A program made the translations under genes and the position numbers. A DNA stretch of 64,000 nt, taken from IMG/VR virus record IMGVR_UViG_3300003322_000571, positions 286,090-350,089 of that record; one strand, given 5' to 3'. The notes beneath the pieces are model-generated. The model was not told the origin of the DNA and did not search any database. It worked only from the letters and a program-made list of their open reading frames with translations. Positions 10,183-19,418 of the stretch are shown one piece after another (position 1 is the first letter of the stretch; each line of letters starts with the position of its first letter).

Positions 10183-10491
10183 TCATTGGACAATTATCGT
10201 GATCTCAATTGGCTTTTCACACACTTGATACCAGTACGTGAATAGTTGACGATGTTTACCGGACCTCTTTTGGTATGATCTCCATCCCGGAGTATATCCC
10301 TGCGCCTTACAGTCGTTGACAAACTTTTGTTGTGCTTCAAGTTCAGCTAATCGTCGCCGTTCCATTGCCGGTTTGACGTTGTACTCATGATTGTACCACA
10401 TCCATCCAAACAGGACGCCGATCACTAGAAGTATTGAACCAAACAAGAACAGGATGTCGTAGTCGGCTTCGTCCATATTAGAACCAATCAT
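10183..10491 (-). CDS. hypothetical membrane protein
   Basis: N-terminal TM helix. Confidence 0.6.
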   Translation of the reverse strand: MIGSNMDEADYDILFLFGSILLVIGVLFGWMWYNHEYNVKPAMERRRLAELEAQQKFVNDCKAQGYTPGWRSYQKRSGKHRQLFTYWYQVCEKPIEITIIVQ

Positions 10492-10646
10492 CGGCGTGGC
10501 GATCGAGCATGTCTTGGTATTCTTCTGGCGTTAACGCCCATTGAAGCCACAAGTCATTGAGGATCAAGTAGGCGAATAGGCCTATGATGCATAGCAAACA
10601 TGCGCCTATTACCTTAGCGAACTCCAATACCTGAGACCAATCGATA

Positions 10647-11654
10647 TCAATCACGGGTGAATCCTATACCGCGGCCGAACGCTTCACTGGAATTCGGACG
10701 TGCATCCATCATCGTTTTGAGACGAGTGACTGCATCTTCGAGCGGGACATCGAATACTTCGACTGACACAATCAGTTCCTTCAGATGTGCAATTGAGAAG
10801 TTCTTCGTTTTCGCCACCCATTCTTCCAATTCAGCTGGGTCATCGGCGAGGCGAACGTTCTTTGCCAGCAAGTACGTCTTGCGTGCACGTTCGTCAGGCA
10901 TCCCGATCTTCTTGACAATGTCAAAACGGCTAGGACGGTTGATAAACCGCTTGTCGAGACGTTCAGGATAGTTTGTCGTTGCAACGAACACGACATTGTC
11001 GATCTGAAGCTCGCCGTCCATGATTGCGAGCAAGTCGCTCTCGCCATACACGTCAATGATCGAGTCAATGTCTTCGAGCATGACGATCAACGGACGAGTG
11101 GGTTCTACTTGACGAAGCAGTTTGAGACCACGTGCGGCGCGCCCTGGATGATCGACATACAGTGAGATCCCACCGTGACTAATCACTTTTTGAGAGATCA
11201 CTTGTAGTGTAGACGTTTTGCCGGAACCCGGAGGACCCCACATCAACACACCACGCTTCCACAGAAAACCGAACTTACGGAAGTGTTGTTCCTTCGTCCA
11301 AAACGTCTCAATTTCGCCGATCACTTGCTCCGACACGGAGTCGGGTAGATCAATCAAATCATCAAGATTGATGTCGGTTTTTTGGAAGAACAACCCAAGT
11401 TGTTCACTAACTTGGATCGTATATTGACCAGGCGGTAGAATAGGAACGGACTTTTCGCACGCGCTGTAGTTGCGATCCCCGTAAACAGCCCACATCTGAG
11501 CGTTGACTGCGGGAGCTGTTGATTTAGTTGGACTTGATTCGCTAGCGTCTTCGTACGCTGGCTTAGCAGGAATCGCACGCGAAACTTTATTTGAATCAGA
11601 TCCGCCAGCAACGCGGTCGTTAAACTCTTGCAAGTCTTCAATGTCGCTCATCAA
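10647..11654 (-). CDS. AAA+ ATPase
   Basis: GPPGSGKT, MLEDID, ATTNYPERLD..RPSRFD. Confidence 0.9.
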   Translation of the reverse strand: MMSDIEDLQEFNDRVAGGSDSNKVSRAIPAKPAYEDASESSPTKSTAPAVNAQMWAVYGDRNYSACEKSVPILPPGQYTIQVSEQLGLFFQKTDINLDDLIDLPDSVSEQVIGEIETFWTKEQHFRKFGFLWKRGVLMWGPPGSGKTSTLQVISQKVISHGGISLYVDHPGRAARGLKLLRQVEPTRPLIVMLEDIDSIIDVYGESDLLAIMDGELQIDNVVFVATTNYPERLDKRFINRPSRFDIVKKIGMPDERARKTYLLAKNVRLADDPAELEEWVAKTKNFSIAHLKELIVSVEVFDVPLEDAVTRLKTMMDARPNSSEAFGRGIGFTRD

Positions 11655-11671
11655 TATCTTTCTGATATGGT

Positions 11672-11905
11672 TTAATATCCACCGTCGTCGTACTTCGACT
11701 TCTTACCCATCTTCGACCAACAGCCGTACTGGTCTTCGTCGTCTTGTTCGTCCATCGCTCTAGCCCATTCGACTAGCGATGAATAAAATTGCTTCTCTAC
11801 TGGATCGTAGACACGTCCGTCTGTACGGATCTGGATTCCGTAAAACTCTTCCAGCTCTTCAGCTGTCATTTCTTCTACGTCATCAATGACTCTGTGGTTG
11901 TGCAT
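11672..11905 (-). CDS. hypothetical acidic protein
   Basis: ORF in operon context. Confidence 0.6.
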   Translation of the reverse strand: MHNHRVIDDVEEMTAEELEEFYGIQIRTDGRVYDPVEKQFYSSLVEWARAMDEQDDEDQYGCWSKMGKKSKYDDGGY

Positions 11906-11975
11906 TTCTTTCTGGGTAAGATAACATTGGTAGGTGATCATCAATGTTCCATGATCACCCCAATTTAGTCAACAA

Positions 11976-13328
11976 TTAGTCGTCGTAAGCGCCCTTCTTG
12001 TACTTCTGGAGGATCGCTTGTAGCTCCGTAATGTACACTTTCTTTCGCAGGTCTTCCGAACCGATCAGAGCTTCGTATTCGGCAAGCTGTTCAAGTGCTT
12101 CCTTGATACGTTGTTCGTTCTTCGTATACTCTTCTTCTGTGAATCTGTAGACGGGTAGATCGGCGATGTAGTCCGTATAAACAATACTGATCGTATCCAA
12201 AAACTCACGCAGTTCGCTACGAGAGGCCGTCTTCTTGGCAACACCGCCAACGTTGTTCTTAATTGCTGTACGAATGTCGTAGTAACGCTGAAGGTCGACC
12301 TTCAGCAGGTCACGAAGTCGTTCGTAACGCTTAACATACCATGTGAGGCGCCAATCAGTGAAATCTTTGATCAGTTCTGATGGAGATTGTGTGTACGACT
12401 TGACGTACTGACCATCGATACTGAGCACGTTTAGGTTCTCAATATGACGGACAGCAAGACCTGTCAATTCAAGCAACTCATCTTGTTCAACAGTCGCCAA
12501 GAAACCGCGTTTGAACTTCAGTGTGATCGAGATGACATCCTTGGAATCGTCGACGTATCCCGTCAATGTTCCGCTTTCAACTAGAGCGTCAAGCTTTGCG
12601 ATTACCTTGTCGTGACTTTGTCCGAAAGGTAGACGCGTAATTTCAGCAGTCGTAGTATTCTTGATGTCAATTTCGCCGTTGAAGTAGTACGCAATTCCGC
12701 GGGCGGTTTCTTCTTTTGCGTGTGATGCTGATTCAATCGGATGGAAGATTGGCATCGGATCTTCGATCTTTTTGACGCCCTTCAGATGATTGATCTGGCA
12801 TGTAATCACATCAGCAAGATCGCGCGGAAGGATGTTCGTTGCATAACCAATCGCCACACCTTCTGCAGGGTTCAGCAATACTGTCGGAACGATTGGCAGG
12901 AAGTGGACAGGTTCTTCAAGAGTACCGTCGTAGTTTTCTTGCATCGGTACGATTTCGATGTCGGCATACATCACATCTTTCGTGAACGCTGACGCACTGA
13001 CAGTCGTATAACGACTTGCGGAGTATTCGTTTGGCTTAAGCAATGTACCGAACGCACTATCTCCCTTGAAATACGGAAGGTTGTTCCCGTACTGTGCCGT
13101 CAGCGTATCAATTGCACCTTCTGGAGCTCCGTGCGGATGGATAGGCATCGTTGCACCAGCGAGTGTTGCAGCTTTGTACTTCTTACCGTCGCGTGCCGTC
13201 CATAGAACACGGCGACCGCCCGACTTCATACCGTCAGTTAGTGCTGGAATCGCACGCATGCGAATCACATAGAGGGAATACTCTCGTCGTTGGTCGTTAA
13301 TATATTGTGTCGATTCTGCTTTTTTCAT
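11976..13328 (-). CDS. DNA topoisomerase II, GyrA/ParC-like subunit (T4 gp52-like)
   Basis: DGMKSGGRR, HPHG, SASRYT active-site Tyr, PTVLLN. Confidence 0.93.
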   Translation of the reverse strand: MKKAESTQYINDQRREYSLYVIRMRAIPALTDGMKSGGRRVLWTARDGKKYKAATLAGATMPIHPHGAPEGAIDTLTAQYGNNLPYFKGDSAFGTLLKPNEYSASRYTTVSASAFTKDVMYADIEIVPMQENYDGTLEEPVHFLPIVPTVLLNPAEGVAIGYATNILPRDLADVITCQINHLKGVKKIEDPMPIFHPIESASHAKEETARGIAYYFNGEIDIKNTTTAEITRLPFGQSHDKVIAKLDALVESGTLTGYVDDSKDVISITLKFKRGFLATVEQDELLELTGLAVRHIENLNVLSIDGQYVKSYTQSPSELIKDFTDWRLTWYVKRYERLRDLLKVDLQRYYDIRTAIKNNVGGVAKKTASRSELREFLDTISIVYTDYIADLPVYRFTEEEYTKNEQRIKEALEQLAEYEALIGSEDLRKKVYITELQAILQKYKKGAYDD

Positions 13329-14005
13329 TGGGACAACATCAATTCACGAAGATTAATAGGTGCGTAATTTGTATGTTCAACACAGATGTTGACATGCCCT
13401 TTTGAAGGAGCTGGGTGCTGGTGGATATGTCCGTGAACATTCCAACAGTTATCCGGCACGCGGTCAAGAGGGTAGTGTGTGAACAACAATTGTGTACCGT
13501 TCCAGTCAACGATCTTACAAAGATGGCGTTCGTTGAAAGCCAAACTAAGCAGGTTGCCTCGACGATCGATGTCGTGATTGCCAATGATTTGGATCTTGTA
13601 ACCGGGAAGCAGATTGAGGATATCGTTTGTTTCGTTGACGTTCATGAACGTAATATCGCCTCCGAAAATGACGATGTCACGGTCCTTGACAACATTAAGA
13701 TAGTTGCCAATCAAACAGTCATTCATCAGCGATGCTGAAGGATAAGGACGACCCGAATACTTCATGATGTTTTTGTGGCCGAAGTGAATGTCACTCCACA
13801 CCCACACATCGCGAGAGTAGTCGTCTAGGTCGATCTCAATCAGAGGGTCGCCTGTTAGCGATTCGCTCGTTAGGATTGCTTTCCAGTGTTCGATGTTGCG
13901 GACTTTCAACGCACGATTGTGCGTTGGGTCGCCTGTAAATTCTAAGTCATGCAAATAATGCTGACGGAAAGATTCAGATGTAAATTTCATTTTGCTGTCA
14001 GCCAT
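13325..14005 (-). CDS. calcineurin-like metallophosphoesterase
   Basis: SDIHFGH, GGD, GNHD, THYP, HGHIH. Confidence 0.9.
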   Translation of the reverse strand: MADSKMKFTSESFRQHYLHDLEFTGDPTHNRALKVRNIEHWKAILTSESLTGDPLIEIDLDDYSRDVWVWSDIHFGHKNIMKYSGRPYPSASLMNDCLIGNYLNVVKDRDIVIFGGDITFMNVNETNDILNLLPGYKIQIIGNHDIDRRGNLLSLAFNERHLCKIVDWNGTQLLFTHYPLDRVPDNCWNVHGHIHQHPAPSKGHVNICVEHTNYAPINLRELMLSQ

Positions 14006-15885
14006 TCTTTACGAGCGTCAGAGTCGTTGCCGAATAGCAGTTCCATAACTTGTTTTGTGTCCTCGTCTGCGACAATCGGGATCATTGTGTCAGTTTCACC
14101 GGACAAGCACATATCCCAATCTTCCTTGCTCATAGAGCCCAGACCCTTGTAATATCGTACTTCATAACCCTTGTACTTGTCTTTGACTTTTTCGTAATCG
14201 GCACGGCGTGGGAAATGGACGCGTGTTTTCCCTTTAACCAAGCAGACGTTAGGAGCAATCATTCGGAACAAGAACGGTGGCTGTTTTGGATCGAGCAGTT
14301 CAGGCCAGAACTTGTAGAATAGGTTTGTCAACAATGTGAAGATGTCGGAGCCGTCGTAGTCAGCGTCGGTTGCGATGATCACTTGACCGAAGTTGAGTTC
14401 ACTACGAACAGCTTTCTTACCAGGGATCAGTCCAATCGCTTGCAACATGTCCTTGACTTTGACCATCTTCAGTACTTGCGCAGGAGTAGCGTCGTACACG
14501 TTGTTGATCTTACCAGTCAATGCAAACGCAGCCGTTGTTTTTGGATCGCGAGACATCGAGATCTGTCCTGCAGCAGAATTACCTTCTGTGATCAGAACGC
14601 GACATTCTGCACGGTTCGTGCTCGTTGCATCGAGCAGACCGTCAACCTTCTTACCGATTTTTTTCGCGTGTTCCTTTTGTGCATCAGCATCTGCTTGAGC
14701 GTGGTGGCGGTTGTTGGCACGGAACAGAATATCTTCAAGCCACAACTCCGAACGCTTAGCGAACATCTTCCACTGAGCGTCGATCATTCCCGTCATTTCC
14801 TTGCGGAGATCGGGACCTGTCAGGCGGGTTTTAGCTTGACTATCGTATTCTGGATTACGGACTTTAAGGTTTGCAAGAACAAGCAATCCACGACGAATGT
14901 CGTTGTTTGTAATCTCGGACTTAGTCTTCTTAGCAGCTTTTTCCAGGTGATTTTGTACACGGCTATACAGTGCGTTGAGGAACTGCGTGTTGCATTTACC
15001 GCCGTCAAACAACAACGAACTGTTGACCCAAGTGAACATCTGTTCGTCGATACCGTCATGTGCATTAAGGACAACAAACACTTCGCCAACGAGTGTTGGC
15101 TCGTTGACTTCAAAGCAGTAGAACTGTTTATCGCCAGCGATCTGAGCGACGAGGTCAAGCAGTCCCTTCTTGAACCTGTACTTTTCACCGTTATATTCAA
15201 CAGTGACATCCGGGTTTGTCATCGCAATTTCGATAGCGCGATTGCGGACAAGTTCGTCAGGAAGGGTTACATTCTTGAATACGAGCGGATCGAGCTGGAA
15301 TGATACCTGTGTCCCGGAAGGTGTATTGTCAGGAACAGAAGTGATTTTTGGTGATGAGGCCTTATCAGCACCGTCAACGAATCGCTGAACGTACTTTTTG
15401 CCGTCGCGGTGAATGACAACGTCAAATTCACTCGAGCAATAGTTAGTACATGCTGCGCCAACACCGTTTTGACCGATGACGCCGACTTCCTTATCATCAG
15501 TGAAGTTGCGTCCGGCTTTCAAGCTACCGAGAGCGACTTCTGGTGTGCGCTTCCCTGTAGCGTGCATATCAATCGGAATGCCGCGGCCGTTATCGCCAAC
15601 AGAATACCAGCCAATGTCTGGCTTAGCGTCAAACTTGAGTAGTTTGATTCGAGATGTTGTTTGGGAGAATTCGTCGAGCGCGTTATCAACGACTTCGTTG
15701 ATAGCTTTGAATACAGACGGGATGAATTCGACTTCGCGAATTTCTAGTTTATCCGCCGTAAGCAGTGGAATTCGATAGGTGGTGGGGTTCATGTTCCCCA
15801 GGTAGATCTGAGTTCGTAGACGAACGTGATCCCTATCCGACAATGCAACGATGTCATTGCCGGTGTAGTTCTTGTCCTTAGCCAT
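13987..15885 (-). CDS. DNA topoisomerase II, GyrB/ParE-like subunit (gp39+gp60 unsplit)
   Basis: EVVDNALDE, DNGRGIP, GQNGVG, TEGNSA, ATDADYDG, YYKGLGS. Confidence 0.95.
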   Translation of the reverse strand: MAKDKNYTGNDIVALSDRDHVRLRTQIYLGNMNPTTYRIPLLTADKLEIREVEFIPSVFKAINEVVDNALDEFSQTTSRIKLLKFDAKPDIGWYSVGDNGRGIPIDMHATGKRTPEVALGSLKAGRNFTDDKEVGVIGQNGVGAACTNYCSSEFDVVIHRDGKKYVQRFVDGADKASSPKITSVPDNTPSGTQVSFQLDPLVFKNVTLPDELVRNRAIEIAMTNPDVTVEYNGEKYRFKKGLLDLVAQIAGDKQFYCFEVNEPTLVGEVFVVLNAHDGIDEQMFTWVNSSLLFDGGKCNTQFLNALYSRVQNHLEKAAKKTKSEITNNDIRRGLLVLANLKVRNPEYDSQAKTRLTGPDLRKEMTGMIDAQWKMFAKRSELWLEDILFRANNRHHAQADADAQKEHAKKIGKKVDGLLDATSTNRAECRVLITEGNSAAGQISMSRDPKTTAAFALTGKINNVYDATPAQVLKMVKVKDMLQAIGLIPGKKAVRSELNFGQVIIATDADYDGSDIFTLLTNLFYKFWPELLDPKQPPFLFRMIAPNVCLVKGKTRVHFPRRADYEKVKDKYKGYEVRYYKGLGSMSKEDWDMCLSGETDTMIPIVADEDTKQVMELLFGNDSDARKEWLTAK

Positions 15886-15890
15886 TCTAG

Positions 15891-16142
15891 TTAGTCTTTC
15901 TTCTTTTTGTTCGAAGTTGCCTGATTGATCAGTTCTGTTAGTACGTCTGAAGCGTGTTGTAGTGCTGCGTGCATCCCTGCCATGCTTTCAACTGCAAAGC
16001 CGCCTGAGCGCATAGACGCAACGGCATTGATTCTGTTCAACACAAGAGCTTGTTGGTTCAACAGTTCATGGAGGTTCATGTCTTGCCACAAATCTGATCG
16101 AATTGCGGTCTCTGGATTGGTATCGTCAGGATAGATGTTCAT
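15891..16142 (-). CDS. hypothetical protein
   Basis: start at MNIYP after upstream stop. Confidence 0.6.
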   Translation of the reverse strand: MNIYPDDTNPETAIRSDLWQDMNLHELLNQQALVLNRINAVASMRSGGFAVESMAGMHAALQHASDVLTELINQATSNKKKKD

Positions 16143-16149
16143 TTTGTTA

Positions 16150-16590
16150 TCAGTATTCTTCCCGCAGCGGGAGGCCCGTTGCTTCAAAAATCCTTGGTTG
16201 CCAAGAATGAAAACGTTTTCCGTGTCCCATTCGTCCGTATGCTTGGTATTCCCAAGCATGAACCATTTCGTGTACTAGTACAGTCAAAAATAGTCGCCTA
16301 GACTCATAGAACGGTTGCATCGACAGGTCGACTTTCTTCCCTGTCGTAGCTCCGAAAGCCCAAGCATGTTCGTGTTCGTGTTCAACGAATTTGACACTGC
16401 CAGGCGTAGGAAGAATGTCGTTGAAAATAGCTACATTCAACGTATTCCACCAGTATTTAACCATTTTTGACGACAGGGTTACCGATTGATGTCCGTACTT
16501 ACGAATGTGCTTTTTTATTCTTCTTTGCGCTTTGCTTGCCGTAATCTTCACAGTAAATCCCAAGCTGTGAGCGGGCGTAAAAACCGTCAC
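16150..16590 (-). CDS. SprT-like zinc metalloprotease
   Basis: LVHEMVHAW ... HGKRF; start uncertain (overlaps primase end). Confidence 0.8.
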   Translation of the reverse strand: MTVFTPAHSLGFTVKITASKAQRRIKKHIRKYGHQSVTLSSKMVKYWWNTLNVAIFNDILPTPGSVKFVEHEHEHAWAFGATTGKKVDLSMQPFYESRRLFLTVLVHEMVHAWEYQAYGRMGHGKRFHSWQPRIFEATGLPLREEY

Positions 16591-17545
16591 AAGTGTTTTC
16601 CTTTACTGTCATCAACGTATACATTTCACCGTACTTCAATACAGCTGCATTAATGTCCTTACAAGATCCAATATCTGGATAGCTTACAGACCAACCGAGC
16701 TCAAGAGCTTGCTCAGCCAACAGAAATCCTTCACCGAACTTGTCAGGTATGACGACCTTTTGTCTGGGTGATTGATTAATCCATTTCGTTTGAGCAGGCG
16801 TCATCTTGCTACCAAAGATAGCAACACCGTTCAAATGGTACGCATCAAACCACCCTTCGGTAATATATAGTGGTTCGTCTGTGTACCGTGAAATCTCGGA
16901 ATATCCGCTTAACACTGCATCTTTGATTATGCTTGGGCTCAGGTACTTCTTGACCATTGAGTCAGTCAAGTCTCTCCCTTGCCAAAACACAACATTGCCA
17001 TCCTTGTATGTTGGGATGATTAGACGTCCATACCACCTTGCATTATCCGGATGATCCGCTTTTCTGACAAGATGGAACGGATGTTTCTTCCAGTCGATCT
17101 TACGACTTGTTAGGTAGTAGATCGCTTCTTCGGCCCATACATCGTTTGGATCGTCCGTCAACGGATAAAAGTAGTCCGGCATCTGAAGGACAGGTGGTTC
17201 GATACTCTTAAATTCTTCTTTGAGAGCTCGTTCTTGTTCGTTCGATAGCATTGCATCAAACAACACAGGACCCCAGTCCACTTCCTGAACACCAAAGCTA
17301 TCGAGGACAACAACCATGTCCTTAGGCATCGTCTTATGTTTGTATGGATCAAACCCAGCACTATGGCCGCAGTTAAAGCAGTTATATCCTACTGCTTTTC
17401 CTTCGAACTTGAATCCGGCTCGCGGTCCTTTCTTGCCGTGGTCATTACACACTTTACACAAGACGGAGAAAAACCCGCGACTATTAGGCCGCGGGTTCAA
17501 CGAAATGTGCTGTCGAATGACTTGCTCAAGAGTTGGTGCGTTCAT
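16499..17545 (-). CDS. DNA primase (T4 gp61-like)
   Basis: N-terminal CxxC...CxxC zinc ribbon, RLIIP, YITEGWFDA TOPRIM, KDIN. Confidence 0.9.
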   Translation of the reverse strand: MNAPTLEQVIRQHISLNPRPNSRGFFSVLCKVCNDHGKKGPRAGFKFEGKAVGYNCFNCGHSAGFDPYKHKTMPKDMVVVLDSFGVQEVDWGPVLFDAMLSNEQERALKEEFKSIEPPVLQMPDYFYPLTDDPNDVWAEEAIYYLTSRKIDWKKHPFHLVRKADHPDNARWYGRLIIPTYKDGNVVFWQGRDLTDSMVKKYLSPSIIKDAVLSGYSEISRYTDEPLYITEGWFDAYHLNGVAIFGSKMTPAQTKWINQSPRQKVVIPDKFGEGFLLAEQALELGWSVSYPDIGSCKDINAAVLKYGEMYTLMTVKENTCDGFYARSQLGIYCEDYGKQSAKKNKKAHS

Positions 17546-17565
17546 ACACCAACACTATACGAGGG

Positions 17566-18366
17566 TTAATCCGTACCTTCAACTTCCTTCTTTACACGTG
17601 GACGACGTGGAGCAGCTTTCTTAGCTGGCTTGCGGGGTGTACGTTTTGGTTTAACCTCGACTTCAACTTCTTGCTCCGCGGCATCTGCTGCGATTGCTTG
17701 TTCAATTGCTTTTTCGATCGCCTTTTCCTGCTTTTCGATTTCTGCAATCATGTTTTGCAAGCGAGTACGAATCTCAGGCGATTGCATCCAGAAGTCTTCT
17801 CCCTTAGCGATTCGAGTGAATTCTTCTTCTGAAATGAACGGAACATAAATGTCGCGTGCAAGGGATGCGAACCACTTGATAGTAGCTTCGAGTTCCGACA
17901 CAAGTTCGTTGCCCTTACCGATCAGACCACCGTTAAAGTTGTGGAACATCATCATGCAGTTGTCGTTGACGACCATCTCATCACCAGCCAAGAAGATTAG
18001 CGTTCCGAGAGAGTATGCACTACCTTCAAGGATTGTAACAATCTTCGCTTGGGAATTCTGCATTGCATTGACGATTTGCACGCCAGTATCAAGTTGACCG
18101 CCGGGTGTATTCAGGTGAATGAAAATTGTATCAGACGGTCCAGCGCACGTGATGCGGTAGATCATGTCTGTGTAATCACCAGGAGCGCCAATACTTTCGC
18201 TGATGTAGTAGTGGACGTGCTGTGCCGTAAATGTCTGAGCGTACTCTTTGTACGGCTTCTTGTTCATGGCGATAAGCGGAAGCCCTGTTTGGTCCTCGCC
18301 GCTCTCTTCTTCATCGTTTGCACGCTTAGGTGCGAGTTTCGACTTATACGTGTACGAGTATACCAT
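17566..18366 (-). CDS. clpP: ClpP-like serine peptidase with basic C-terminal tail
   Basis: LNTPGG, GSAYSLG nucleophile, MFHN His, DFW. Confidence 0.88.
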   Translation of the reverse strand: MVYSYTYKSKLAPKRANDEEESGEDQTGLPLIAMNKKPYKEYAQTFTAQHVHYYISESIGAPGDYTDMIYRITCAGPSDTIFIHLNTPGGQLDTGVQIVNAMQNSQAKIVTILEGSAYSLGTLIFLAGDEMVVNDNCMMMFHNFNGGLIGKGNELVSELEATIKWFASLARDIYVPFISEEEFTRIAKGEDFWMQSPEIRTRLQNMIAEIEKQEKAIEKAIEQAIAADAAEQEVEVEVKPKRTPRKPAKKAAPRRPRVKKEVEGTD

Positions 18367-18449
18367 TGGTTCTCCTTTGCTCTGTACGAAACTATTTACG
18401 CTGGAGAAATAGCAGTGATCTTTACCCGTATACCCAGGGACCGGAAATG

Positions 18450-18473
18450 AAGGAAGGCGCCGAAGCGCCTTCC
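18450..18473 (-). terminator. GC-rich hairpin ending tmRNA transcript
   Basis: AGGAAGGCGC-TTCG-GCGCCTTCCT. Confidence 0.7.
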
Positions 18474-18795
18474 TATGATACTGTTGTTATCGGGGTATCA
18501 TGCCCTCAGTCAAGCATTAAGCTGCGAGACGGAAGTTACCTTCATTTGCATTTAGGTTGTTTTCTTGAGTTACGGTCTTCGCCACCGGCATGCGCCATCC
18601 ATCTCAGTAACTCTGTCGAAACCAGGGCAGGCCCATGACAGAAGATTCAACGCTACGTTACTTTTCGAGGGCCTAGGTTCCCTTTAACCGTTTCACGCAG
18701 CACTAAACCTTCTGTGGTGGACCTGGCGGGAATCGAACCCGCGTCCAAAATCCTTCAACATCAGTCGAATTACATGCTTCATCTGCTTGCGCAGA
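18450..18795 (-). ncRNA. ssrA: circularly permuted (two-piece) tmRNA; tag ANEGNFRLAA
   Basis: acceptor piece ...GACGCGGGTTCGATTCCCGCCAGGTCCACCA (ends 18715) precedes coding piece GGGCCTGCCCTGGTTTCGAC (starts 18634); 7-bp acceptor stem with G3-U; tag codons 18549-18517. Confidence 0.93.
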
Positions 18796-18827
18796 TACGT
18801 CTATTTAAGCATAGAACCCTAAAACTA

Positions 18828-19040
18828 TCAACACGTGCAGTTCAACGACTCACGTTTGACCATTTTCCATCCAGGCTCGTTGTTGTCATTGCAAAATTGG
18901 TAGTGCATTCGAACGACACCAAAGCAAACAGGGCACATCTTCGGCCGTGTCTCGATGTCTCCGACCTTGTTCTGGTATGTTCGTCGGAGGATTTGACCAT
19001 TCAAATGCGTCTCTTGCACCCAATCAATCGTCGTTTCCAT
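18828..19040 (-). CDS. hypothetical protein with CxxC
   Basis: 70 aa, CPVC. Confidence 0.55.
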   Translation of the reverse strand: METTIDWVQETHLNGQILRRTYQNKVGDIETRPKMCPVCFGVVRMHYQFCNDNNEPGWKMVKRESLNCTC

Positions 19041-19212
19041 TTAGTTGTTCCTGTACTTGGCGTTTACCTAGCGTTCTGTCGTGTTTGTGAATGAAACGTT
19101 TAAGTTGTCTGCGTGCTTCTCGAATCTCTTTGCGGTTCGATGCTGTTTCAGCGTCAGCAAGGAGTTCAAATTGTTCCTTAAGCAGTGCGTCCGTCTTGTC
19201 CTTTGGCTTCAT
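19024..19212 (-). CDS. hypothetical basic protein
   Basis: start moved to MKPKD to avoid large overlap. Confidence 0.55.
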   Translation of the reverse strand: MKPKDKTDALLKEQFELLADAETASNRKEIREARRQLKRFIHKHDRTLGKRQVQEQLNGNDD

Positions 19213-19372
19213 CAGTTTTCTCCCATCCAAATACTTCAGCAAGGCATTTGTGCAGCCTTGCTTTACTTTCCTCAGTCCAAGGAGGAATGTCAGCAGGGTC
19301 ACATGACCAAACGCTGATTTCTCCTCGTTCATATGCAGCCATCATTTGTTGTCGGATAGATTCTTCTGTCAT
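19178..19372 (-). CDS. hypothetical protein
   Basis: start moved to MTEES. Confidence 0.5.
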   Translation of the reverse strand: MTEESIRQQMMAAYERGEISVWSCDPADIPPWTEESKARLHKCLAEVFGWEKTDEAKGQDGRTA

Positions 19373-19418
19373 TTCATTCTCGTATATAGAAAGAGACGCC
19401 GAAGCGTCTCTCTTTACC

